From contig OZ024742.1 of the NCBI GenBank assembly GCA_964016885.1, positions 105,276,001 through 105,340,000 of the forward strand: 64,000 bases of DNA, in the 5' to 3' direction. Made by a program: the position numbers and the translations under genes. Position 1 is the first letter of the stretch. Each line of letters opens with the position of its first letter. The notes under the pieces are model-generated. The model was not told the DNA's origin and did not search any database. It was given only the letters and a program-made list of their open reading frames with translations. Below, one piece after another: positions 52,580 to 64,000 of this stretch. This DNA is from Eledone cirrhosa (taxonomy: Eukaryota).

Positions 52580-53377
52580 TTAGGAATGTTCACATGCATG
52601 AACGTCTTCAGGAACTTAAATATAACAATTCTGCAACTCATTATGCATCAAGTATTATATTGATTAGTGGTCTTTCTGGACTTAGCGCCATAGGCACTCC
52701 ATATATATATATGGACAGTGGCTTGTGTCAGATGCTGACTCCAGGTGGACCAGCAGTACCATCGGTAGAGGTCAAAACTGCCAGAAGTCCATCTCAACAG
52801 CTGAAGACCTTGGAGTTGTGCCTTTCGTTTTCATTTTCAGGAAACCAAGCCAGAAACAGTTCTGTATGAGCAAGAAATGGTCACCTGATCTGACTTGTCT
52901 CACGATGGGACGACTCATTTAATCCATGCTTGCATGGAAAAATGAACATTAAACTATGATGATTTTATATATATATCATCATCATCATCGTTTAACGTCT
53001 ATCTTCCACGCTAGCATGGGTTAGACGGAGGAAATATATATATATATATAAAAGACTGTATTTAGAAAAAAACTGTCCGTGTGTCTTCTAGATCCCATTT
53101 TGGTCAAAATTTTGTGGTTTGTGCATGTCTAAGCAATGAAGCAGAAGTTTAAATGATCACAGCAAATCATACATCAGTCCAATCATAGTCATCCCATCAC
53201 ATACATGACTAGTCACCACACACCATGCATCTTTTATACACTACTCCTACCTCACCACACATTCTACATACATCTTCATACCAAACCAAAATTATCTCTC
53301 TATACACATCACCACCACAATCAACCCTCATATAAACATATAGATCAAGCAAGAAAGAGATATATGCACACACACAC

Positions 53378-53548
53378 ACATACATACACTGCCACCAAAC
53401 ACCATAACCACATTATTAAGACAATTACACAGTAATTATAACTACCATACATTAGTATAACACACATACACTGTCACCAGACATCGTAACCGCATTAAGA
53501 CAATTACACAGTAATTATAACTACCATACATTAATATAATATACACAT
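53378..53548. repeat. ~83-bp tandem duplication
   Basis: catacactg(c/t)cacca...ttaagacaattacacagtaattataactaccatacatta x2. Confidence 0.85.
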
Positions 53549-54196
53549 ATATATATGTACATCACCCACCTATCCACCATGTCTAACAAAACATACAGCA
53601 TATATCAAAGTATGAATTACAAAGGGAGAGAAAACAGAAAAAGGAGAAAGGGAATAAAAACAGAAAAAAGAGAGTGGGGGGGGGGAGAATTAACAAAGAA
53701 AACAAAAGACCCCCTCCATCCACTTCCTTGTAGTGTCCATCTGTATACCTCCAGCCAATGGACAGATTAATCTGTCTAGAGGTGGAGACTTTAATGTGTG
53801 GCTAGTACAGTCCCCCTTTGGTATCAGTTGCCAAGACAACAAAAGATTTCAGATGAGAGGGGGAGGGGTTAATGCTGGACAGATGTAGCCTCCTCACCAC
53901 CATTAAAACAAATAAGAATCCCTGGTCAGCAGGCTGTCCTAAAACTGACCATCAAAATAAAGTCTTGGAACACAATATTATATTTAAATCTCAAGCATTC
54001 ATCCATCTCAAACTTGTTGTTTCCTGCTGTTACCATTGTTATTGCAATTGTATTGTAGCTGCTCATGTTGTAGAGTACTGAGTATGTACTCTGCTATACC
54101 TGACTCTTAAAACAATGACTTGATTTCGTACATAGACAAAAATACCTGTCACAATTATAATAGAAGGTTGTGTGACTTTCATGCATTTCCAAGGAG

Positions 54197-56343
54197 CATT
54201 GTGTCAGAGATAGTTGTGATGTCATTGGAGAGAAGTGTATCCGGAATGATAAAGGTGAGCTTGCCCTCACAAGTGCTGAGAAGAAAGATGCATGGAAGAG
54301 TCATTATGATAGATTACTAAATGAGGAGAATGCATGGGAAGAAGAGACCCTACCCCAAGTAGACCCTATAGAGGGGCCAGCAGTACAAGTCAGCAGCAAT
54401 GTAGTAAGTAAGGCAATCAAAGATATGAAGATGGGGAAGGCAACCGGTCCATCGGGTATAGCTGCCGAGATGCTGAAGGCATCTGGGTCTGTAGGTCACA
54501 CTATAACCACACGTATTGTTAACCAGGTAATACTAGAAGGTGTCATACCAAAAGATTGGTGCAGTAGCATCATTGTCAACTGCTACAAAGGTAAAGGTGA
54601 TGCACTAGATAGAGGAAACTATAGAGATATAAAGTTGATGGACCAGGTCATGAAAGTAACAGAAAGAGTTATAGCACAGTTGATAAGGGACCGGGTGAAA
54701 ATAGACGAGATGCAATTTGGGTTTGTACCAGGAAGAGGCACCACTGATGCCCTCTTCCTTGTGAGGCAGTTACAGGAAAAGTACCTAGCTAAAAGTAAGC
54801 CACTCTACTTGGCATTTGTCGACCTTGAGAAAGCCTTTGACAGAGTTCCACGTGCTGTAATCTGGTGGGCTCTTAGAAAACTAGGAGTAGATGAATGGCT
54901 TGTGAAAGCGGTACAAGCCATGTATAGGGGAGCAGTCAGCAAAGTTAGGATTAGCAATGAGTATAGCGAGGAATTTAGTGTACAGGTTGGGGTCCACCAG
55001 GGCTCTGTTCTTAGCCCCCTCCTGTTCATCATAGTCCTGCAGGCAATAACGGAGGAGTTTAAGACCAGATGCCCATGGGAACTCCTGTATGCTGATGACC
55101 TCGCACTTATAGCTGAATCTATGGTAGAACTAGAGAATAAATTCCAAACTTGGAAGCAGGGACTAGAAAGAAAGGGTCTCAAAGTCAACATGACAAAGAC
55201 TAAGGTCCTTGTAAGTAGACGAGAAAACAGAACCCAGATCCCCTCAGGGAAATGGCCTTGCTCAGTATGTAGGAAAGGTGTAGGTAGGAACTCCATTCTC
55301 TGCCCCAAATGCAAACAATGGGTACACAAGAGATGTAGCGGGATCTCAGGAAGCTTAATTAAGAATGTAGGCTTCACATGCAGCAGCTGTGCTGGGACAG
55401 CAAGCAGCAAACAGCCACAGGAAACAAGTACCACCAATCTCTGGGAGGGCTCTGTAGAAACAGTAGACAGCTTCTGCTATCTAGGTGACCGAATTAGCAG
55501 CGGAGGTGGGTGTTCAGAAAGTACAATAACTAGGGTAAGAACGGGATGGAAGAAGTTTAGGGAACTACTACCACTGCTAGCTGCAAAAGGCTTCTCCCTC
55601 AGAATGAAAGGCAGACTGTATGATGCGTGTATCTGAACAGCGGTTGCATGGTAGTGAGACCTGGGCGCTGAAGGTGGAAGACTTACGTAGATTAGAGAGA
55701 AACGAAGCCTGCATGCTCCGATGGATGTGTAACAGTAATATATGTGAACGACAAAGCATAAATGAATTGAGAGAGAGACTGAGCATAAGAGGAATCAAAT
55801 GCTGTGTGCAGGAGAGGCGGTTGCGCTGGTATGGACATGTGATGCGTATGAAGGATGACAGCTGCATAAAAAGGTGCAGAGCACTAGAAGTCAATGGAAA
55901 CCGCGGAGTGGGGAGACCCAAGATGACCTGGGATGAGGTGATAAAAGCCGACCTTACCCAATTACACCTCTCAAAGGCAATGACACACGACCGTGACCTC
56001 TGGCGTCACGCAGTAATACTCGACCTCCCATGGGTACAAGCTGAAGCATATAGACAATATGCCCCCACACCCCCCCACCGCAAGGTGGTCGTGGAGGTGC
56101 CACGGCAAAAAAGCACCCAGCCCACACTGTAAAGTGGATATGTAGGCGCCACGAAAAAGCACCCAGCACTCACTGTAAATGAGGTTGGTGTTAGGAAGGG
56201 CATCCAGCTGTAGAAATCAAGCCAAATCAGTTCCTGTATGAGCAAGGCATGGTCAGCCGACCAGACACTGCCCACAACAGGACAACCCGTCTAACCCATG
56301 CTAGCGTAGAAGAACGGACGTAAAACGGTGATGATGATGATGA
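54197..56343 (+). mobile_element. RTE-clade non-LTR retrotransposon (subfamily A), 5'-truncated, endonuclease absent, long 3' UTR and (GAT)n tail
   Basis: The reading frame runs from ~54197 (CVRDSCDVIGEKCIRND...LLNEENAW) through RT motifs QFGFVPGRGTTDA, FVDLEKAFDRVPR, GVHQGSVLSPLLF, LLYADD and DSFCYLG. The C-terminus (LHGSETW...RLRWYGHVMR...GRPKMTW) follows after a TGA and a 2-bp deletion at ~55634-55645 relative to the copy at 6312. It ends ...ggacgtaaaacggtgatgatgatg. Confidence 0.95.
54425..55636 (+). pseudogene. Reverse transcriptase ORF of the RTE LINE, with internal PHD-like zinc finger; disrupted by CGA>TGA
   Basis: 403-aa ORF with YADD and other non-LTR RT motifs. The stop codon aligns with CGA in the intact 3' copy (tgtatccgaacagcgatg at 6313). 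Confidence 0.93.
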
Positions 56344-56758
56344 TTGGCAGTATCGGTAGAGGGTCGGACACCATGCTTTGATGCATAGAGTTACGGCCCT
56401 TGCCATTCTGAGTTCAAATCCCGACGAGGTTAACTTTGCATTTCATCCTTACGGGGTCGATAAAGTAAAGTACCAGTAATGCACTGGGATAATTGCTGGC
56501 CTTGTGCCAAAAGTAGAAACAATTATTAACAGAAAAGGTGGTGGATTGATAGTATCGGTGGAGCATCAGACACCATGCTTTACAGCATAGAATTACGCCC
56601 CTTTACGTTCTGAGTTCAAATCCGCCATAGTTAGCTTTGCCTTCCATCCTTCAGGGGATCGATAAAACAAGCACCAGTAATGCACTGGGGTTGATTTAAT
56701 AGACTTTCCCCTCCCCTTCAAATTGCTGGCCTTGTGCCTAGAGTAGAAACAATTATTA
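56342..56758 (+). mobile_element. Two tandem SINE copies abutting the RTE-A tail
   Basis: Short form 56342-56528 and long form 56535-56758; duplication attattaacagaaa. Confidence 0.88.
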
Positions 56759-58718
56759 ACAGAAATGAAGTGAAACAACTACAAGCAAGGAATCACAATC
56801 AAGATCCCTGAGACCTACTCCATCATCAACATTTAACCTCTATATTCCATGCTTGCATGGATTAGACGGGTTGTCACATTCAGAGGCCAGATGACCATGT
56901 CTTGCTTATGTTCTGATTTTAGTTTAAATTCTATGGTTGAATATTCTTCCTAATGCTAACCACTTTACAGCAGGGACTGGAAGTATTTTTCGTGGCACCA
57001 ACTCTACCACCTTACAGGGTGGACTAGGTGCTTTTTGTCGTGTCACCAGCATGACCATCACACAGAGGGTTGTTAATTTCTTGCAGTAGCTCAAAGCATT
57101 ACATTTATAGATAAAAGGAAATGAGCAATTGAAATGTTCATGATGTTCTGCCAGCAAAATCAGTGGAGCATTGAATAAAATACCTGTTGATTTTTGTGTA
57201 GTTCTTCTTGAAGTACACTCAGTACATTCAGTAACGTGGCTTGCAATAGGAAGGACATCAAGCTGTAGAAAACTTGCTAAACTAAGGGTAGTGAGGACTC
57301 TTTAGTTGTGTCAAAGACAAGACAACTCCCTGTTAGTGCTGGTGTCATGATAAAATGCACCTGGTGCACTCTGAAGAATGTAAGGATGTATGTGAGCAAG
57401 ATGGTCCATTTGTTTGAGAGACCAACCAACGGCTCTAATTAAATACTGACTTGGTATGTAGCAAGCTATCTAACCCATCGTAGCAGAGAAAAATGGATGT
57501 TAAATCATGATTGAGCAGACCTATAAGTACCAGTCATATACTGAGGTTGATTCTTCATCTATGTCTCACTTTCTTTTCAGATGGAAATGACTTCTAAAAG
57601 ACAAGCAGTTTCATTTGGATGAAACCACCAGAGCTTTCTTCTCTACTTAAGATACTGATCTGTGATCTCATTCCGTTCCTCTACGGAAAACTATTATATA
57701 TATAATTTACCATTATTTAGCCATTAATAAAAAAAAAAATAAAAAAATAAATAAATAAATAAATAAAAAGATTTAGAGCTCATGTATCTCAAAACAAGAA
57801 CACTGGAATATGGAGAGGACGATAAAAAGAAACAAAGCACAAAATGAATGCCATTAGTCTGGGTTACTTTGAATAGTAAATTAGTGTTACATACAGACAC
57901 AGATGAAGGTAGAGAGAGGGGCAGAAGATTTCAGTGTGAAGAGGAATATGGGGAGGGGGGCTTTTATGTAACAAGGACCAGATGGAACAAGAAAATGGGA
58001 AGGCAAACTATGTAGAACTGCTGAATGTATGGATTTTTTACACACATATTTATCGACCTTAATAGGGCTCAAATTAAAGTCGATTCAGGAGTTGTTTGAA
58101 GTCAGAAACCTAAGACATGGAATTCCACGAAACCTTAAAACGACTCTAATGACTGCACTGCTTTGCAACATAAAAAAAGGCCTTGACAGTAAAAAGAATC
58201 AAGACGTCAACGAACAAAATAAACACAATACTATATATAAATAACAGCTAAAAATCGAAACTAATGGTTTACCCTCAAGACTATAACATATTTATATTAG
58301 CAATCTAAACTAAAACGGACTGCGGTTCACTGGAAATTCAAGGTCTATGAGATGTGTGGAGCAGGCTCAGGAAGTCAGGATGTTCACGTCATTGTCAAAA
58401 CATTAACAGCGATGAATGGGAATCAGATGCTTCTATCTTTCAATACTGAAACCGAATTGCGAGCTCATTCGCCGGAAACTTACTTTGTCCCCAATACTCA
58501 TTAATAATTATGAGAAAGATTATTTTCTTTTGGGAGCGGGGAGGGGGGGGTAGAATTTTCTTTTTCTTTTTCTTTTTAGACTTTGATTACCTACCACTTT
58601 CTAAATGATTGTACCCGACAAACATCAGAAAATATATATATATTTTTGTACCTCATTGAGTGAATAAGTGGACCGGACGAGACTATTCGGATCTTTCTTT
58701 CGATAGCATCGTTAACAA

Positions 58719-58757
<39 letters not shown>

Positions 58758-58807
58758 TGTGTAATTTCGTCCCACGTATATATTTTTTTCGTGTGCAACT
58801 TCTTAAA

Positions 58808-58848
<41 letters not shown>

Positions 58849-59209
58849 TATATTTGTATTCGACATACACCAGAGATAAATATATAGTGAGTCAGATGGA
58901 TGTAAATTCCGTCTTAAAACATGAGCAAGCATTGTCAGTATGCAAGGCAGATATAGATGAAACACATACATACTCTGAAAAAGTAAAATAAAACATTCTC
59001 CTCATATATCACGAATTTCATTTCGAAAAGCTATGTATCATGTTACCAGATTCTCTTCCGGCTTTTTACAATCCAACAACAGTCAGGTAGACAAACAGTC
59101 AGACAGAGATACATTAGGGATTGATGAAGGGGGCAAAAGGAAGCAGTTAACTCCTGTTATCCCCTTCTCTTCTTCCTAAAATACTGGGTGATGTTTCTAG
59201 AGCGAAATT

Positions 59210-59620
59210 GATAATTATTTCTAGGGAGGGGATCGATTAAAATTGACCTCAGTGCATTACTGGTACTTTAATTTATCTACCTCGGAAGGATGAAAAATAA
59301 AGTTAACTTCAGAATTTGAACTCAGAACGTAAAGGGCAGTAACCAAAAACCGCTGAGCATTTTGACCAACGATCTAACGATTCTAGCAATCTACCGCCCT
59401 GATAATGGTTTCAGATTTAAGTACAAGGTCAACAATTGGAGGGGGGAGTCGATTAAATCGACCCCAGTGCATTACTGGTGCTTTATTTTATCGACACCGA
59501 AAAGATGAAAGGCAAAGCTAACCTCGATGGGATTTGAACTCAGAACGTAAAGGGCCGTAACTGTATGCCACAAAGCTTGTTGTCCGATGCTCTATCGATT
59601 CTTCCAATCCATCACCCTAA
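59210..59620 (-). mobile_element. Two tandem SINE copies (other copies ~5110-5550, 11905-12028, 15380-15490, 42762-42975, 46045-46260, 47330-47500, 51272-51490, 51900-52160, 61355-61520, 62565-62735)
   Basis: Reverse complement of the B box and the central cctttcatcc...gtcgataaaataaag motif. Confidence 0.85.
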
Positions 59621-60524
59621 TAATAATTTCTTTAATTACAAGGGTCCGGGGTCGGTACATGGCGATAGCGTGGATTTACATGAAAAATGTGTAAAAGGGA
59701 AATAACGGAAACAATAACAAAATGAATGAGCAACAATAAAAAGAAAAGATCTTCAATAGAGGGGAGACTTCGTGGAAAAACACACAAAAAGTCACTGTCA
59801 CACTGACCATTAAGCGAAGTCCCTTCTCGTTGTCTTCCTTGGGGCTTTTAGGATACACGGTTTGAAAGAAATAGTGATATCGCATAACAGAACAGCGTTT
59901 TTTTTTTTTGTCAATTAACTTTTAATGTCCGGCACCACATGAAACCACATTAGCATGTTATTAATAATTATTCTTGAAAATATAATTAGCACTAAGACTG
60001 CATCACATTAAAAATTAAATCTTTACTTTAGTTAACTACAATTTTTCACAATAGTATGCTCACTAGTAAAGATACTATAAACATTTGGAGAGTCATATAA
60101 GGTAGAAAACTGACTCCACCTCTGGTGGGCTCTCCACATAATTATTGATTTCTAATTTAGACACAAGGTCAGGACAAAACATAACTATTGATATGCAGTG
60201 GAAGTATAACCATTTCTTCATCATTATCATCATTTTTATGTCCACTTTCCTATTCTTGTATGGGTTGGACGGGTTGGTTTAGAACGTTTTAAAGTTGGAC
60301 GCTCTTCCTGATACCAACCTTTTTAGTCACCTCTTACAAAAAAAAGGGCAGGTATGTGGTGTAATTATTCTAAAAATAGGGATGCATAACAAGTCTTGGG
60401 ACAATAGATTTAATTCGAGTAAAAGCACAAGCATAGCTGTGTGGTTAAGACATTTGTTTTGCAGCCGTTTGACACTTTCAACATCTTCTAAGAGGATGGT
60501 GATATGTGTTATATACAAGCAAAC

Positions 60525-60775
60525 GTGAACACTGCTACCTATACTGTAGAGGAGTGGAAAACATCAAAATTCTGGAACTTGACCAACCATTTTCTTTTTC
60601 GAGTTGGTCGACCTCAGTCACCGAATTGCCATTTTTCTCAGAAAAATTTGGAGGAGTGCATCTCACCTGAAGAAGGAGTCGCATGGGTTGGAGTGGCTAT
60701 TGCAGTGGATGTCACTGGCTATTCTCCACAGTAATGCTTTCGCCCTCTTGTCCATAGGGAGCAGCTAAAATATAC
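60525..60775 (+). mobile_element. CRE-like RLE non-LTR retrotransposon 3' fragment
   Basis: VEEWKTSKFWNLTNHFLF...WLLQWMSLAILHSNAFALLSIG; homologous to 37765-38005. Confidence 0.6.
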
Positions 60776-61669
60776 CACCTAAACTGAGATGTACAATCGG
60801 CTGCTCCCTTTTCTTTTCCCCTTACTTTCATTATCTGTTATTTAATTTTTTTTATTATTACAAACATTATATGACAGGACTAAACACTTTTAAAAGCAAC
60901 ATCCAATTATGACTGAAGTTAAATAACTAAAAACAGTAACAGAATAAAGTATATAAAAAACAAATCAGGCACTCTAGAGTTCAAAACCTGCTGAATTGGA
61001 TCACTTACATCACTTAGTGTAGAGTTACATGAGCTAGTCAACCATTTTATTCATTTCTGTTTCACAATACACGCAATCCATTTTCCCCTTTATTCAATTA
61101 ACATTGCATACATTTTTTTTTTTTTTATGTTTTACATTAGGCTTCTTTCTGGTAGGAATTGAGGAGCTGGGTTTAGCTAACATGAACATTTGCATGTCAT
61201 TGAAGCAGGTTTTTCGTGGTGTTTTTCGTGGTATTTTGCACTGGATGTCCTTTCTACAGCTAACCACTCAACTGTGAAGTAAGCAGGAAGTAAGGCTCAT
61301 AGCAAAAGCCTTAATAGGCTTGGCAGAAGACACAACACAAAGAATAATATATAAATAATTGTTTCTACTTTTGGCACAACGCCAGCAATTATCTCAGTGT
61401 ATTACTGGTACTTTATTTTATCGACTCCGTAAGGATGAAAGGACAAAGTTAACCTTGGCAGGATTTAAACTCAGTTCATAAAGAGTCGTAACTCTTTGCT
61501 GCAAAGGATGGCGTCCGACATTAAGGTGTACTTGGGCTTTTAGATATATAAATGAAGTGGACTGTGATATCAAAAGCAGCCATCAATAATAGTTGAGCCA
61601 GCAGACACTGAAAACGTGACTAATATTTCACACTAGTAGAGAATATGAATGCTAAGATCAATAAATTAT

Positions 61670-62320
61670 AAAGGGAAGCCTCATCAGTAAAGTCTATGCT
61701 AAGTCTCTAGCAATGAGATGTAGAGATATTGTACAGTCCAGGCTAGCTGATGAACAGTGTGGTTTCCACATGAATGCAGCAGACCAAATATTGCTACAGT
61801 GGCAGGTCTTTCAGAAATCGTAAGAGTATTGCCAAGGTGTATTCTTGTTTTGTTAGACTTTGAAAAAGCAAATGACTGTGTTCCATGGGACCTGTTATGG
61901 AAGGTTCTGCATTAGTATGGGATTGATGGACAGCTTCTTGTAGCCAAGTCGAAACCATTCAATGTGGGTGTCGGACTCCGCTAAGGGTACGTGTTGTTAC
62001 CTCTCCTGTTCATAATCTTTATAGAGAAGATTAACATGTACAGCTGGGTTGGAAGTGGTACTCAGACAGGTGGGTGTAGGGTCAGTCAGCAAGAATCTGT
62101 AGATAACATGATATTACTTAACTCCTCAGAAGGTGATCTCCGACATGCACTTGATAGGTTTGATGCTGAGAACTACATCGCTGGAATAAAAATCAGCGCT
62201 GCGAAAACTGAGACACTCATCCTCTCAAGGAGGCCTTCACAGTACACTTTACATGTGAGTGGAATTCCACTGAAGCAGGTGGAAAGTTCAAGTATGATGG
62301 AAGGCAGGAGGCTGAACTTC
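61670..62320 (+). mobile_element. Decayed Rex3/Expander-like RTE LINE, RT region
   Basis: With stops and frameshifts it translates as EQCGF...DFEKANDCVP...VGVGLR*GYVLLPLLFIIF...GIKISAAKTETLILSRRPSQYTLHVSGIPLKQVE. Confidence 0.8.
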
Positions 62321-64000
62321 TAAGCCAGGAGCAAGGATTTCTATGTCACAGAGGAGGGGTGTGTTTACAAATCTCGTTGTCCGAAGTTGAAGCTTGGCCT
62401 ACTCTTAAAATACTGTTAGAATCTAGACATGGATAAGGAAGCTTCTCCATGATTTCAATCATTGGGACTTAGGATCAAAGAAGCTTTCATGTGAAGATGC
62501 TTGTCAAATAATACTTGGTATTACCTGAGAATTCTACTAAACACTTCGAAGTATAGCTGAAAGATAATAGTTTCAAATTTAGGCACAAAGCCAATAATTT
62601 GGAAGGGAAAAATTGATTATATCAACCCAGTGTTTAACTGGTACTTCATTTTATTGACCTTGGAAGGATGAAAGGCAAAATTTGAATTCAGAACAAATAC
62701 TGCAGGGAATTTCTCTAACATGCCAACCCCCTGCCCTTTTATAGCCTAAAGATGATGATATTCACAAACTCCTTAGTCCAGAATAAGGACACATAACAAA
62801 TTATAAGTGGAAATAAAATGAAACTTTAAAAAAAATGGTTTTCTTAATCGTTTATATACTTAATAAATGGCTAAATGTGGAAAACCAAAATTTTTTTTTT
62901 AGTCCTTATAACAATTATGGAGGATAACTATTATCATCTTAACCGTTTAATGTTAATTTTATATTCTTGCATGGGTTCAACGAGTTGCCATCCTACGAGG
63001 CTGGAAACATCAGATGACCACGTCTTGCTCATACAATCCATTTTTGGAATGGTTTTCTACAGCTAGATACCCTTCATAATACCAACTACTTTACAGCATG
63101 TACTGGGAATATTTTTCATAGCACTAGTACTAACTGCCTTACAGAGTAGAACAATAACCTCATTACTAGATAGATATCTGTAGATACAGAATAGCCTAGT
63201 GGATAATGTACAGGATTAACAGTTCATGGATAATCAGTTGAAATTCACTCTAGGTGTTTCACTGTGATTCATCAAGACAAGACACTTTTATCCCACATGC
63301 TTGAGTTTATTTGGAGAAGGGGAATAAGAAGCAAAAACTCTGATAAATGTAACCAGATTAACATAATTTAGGGGTGTTTTTTTTTAACCTACTTTTATAT
63401 ATACCTAAACTTTAAATTCCACCTTACAATGAAGGCGCCAAATTGATCTGTAGAAAAAACAGTCAAATCATATTTGATCATCTTAAAAACAAAGGTAAAA
63501 TCTCATGCAAAATATGTGTGTGTGAAAGAGAAATTTCTTTGAAAGACCTGATACAAACTTTTTCATATGGAACTGAAAAAACAGTACGACATCTATACCT
63601 TTTCTTTGAATAATTGTGAAACTGACTTAGTTCCCCATAATGATCATTCAATTTTTTTACAGAAACAACAAAACTATAAATTTTATTGTAGGAGTGAATT
63701 GGTATTTACTACAATTCTTTCTTTCTTTTTGAGACCATTTGCAATAGAAGTGAAGCGAAGTGAAGTGAAATAGTTTCTGATAGGAATTGAAACCTACTCT
63801 GATAGGAATTGAAACCAAGTGCTCATCACTATAATTCTATGATTTTGATATCAAATCATCTGAAACTGCCCTTGATTCTATGATACAGAACTTTATTTTT
63901 ACATGTTTATAATAATCTAAAAACCTTTGTTAAGTTATGTTCCAAACACTAGCTTAACTCTTAACATCCTGAAATGATTTAGCAGAAAATTTCTAGAAAC

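Noticed and set aside
54805-55437. 210-aa minus-strand ORF (also 44994-45518, 6258-6608, 55577-55921)
   Set aside because: Antisense shadow frames of RTE ORF2.

Overview
AT-rich, repeat-saturated eukaryotic DNA with no host protein-coding exon I can support. The repeat repertoire resembles what I recall from Octopus (coleoid cephalopod) genomes; this is an inference. The real coding sequence is retrotransposon-derived: a 5'-truncated RTE-clade LINE (54.2-56.3 kb) with a C4HC3 PHD-like finger inside its reverse transcriptase, a sister RTE subfamily (44.6-45.6 kb), decayed Rex3/Expander-like RTE pieces, CR1 3' ends and CRE-like restriction-endonuclease 3' ends. Non-coding elements are about 25 copies of a tRNA-derived SINE, a CORE-like SINE head joined to several different tails, TTAA-flanked piggyBac-type MITEs, hAT MITEs and non-autonomous Helitrons. 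Most interesting are: (i) a candidate Penelope-type hammerhead ribozyme inside a fold-back that could sequester its core (22.4-22.65 kb); (ii) SINE tail swapping between two RTE partners at a microhomology; (iii) the PHD finger inside RT; (iv) an inverted ~450-bp pair carrying outward-facing ETS motifs near an apparent CpG boundary; (v) a CTAG|TC Helitron junction next to a palindromic minisatellite. Coordinates of decayed repeats are approximate and read by eye.
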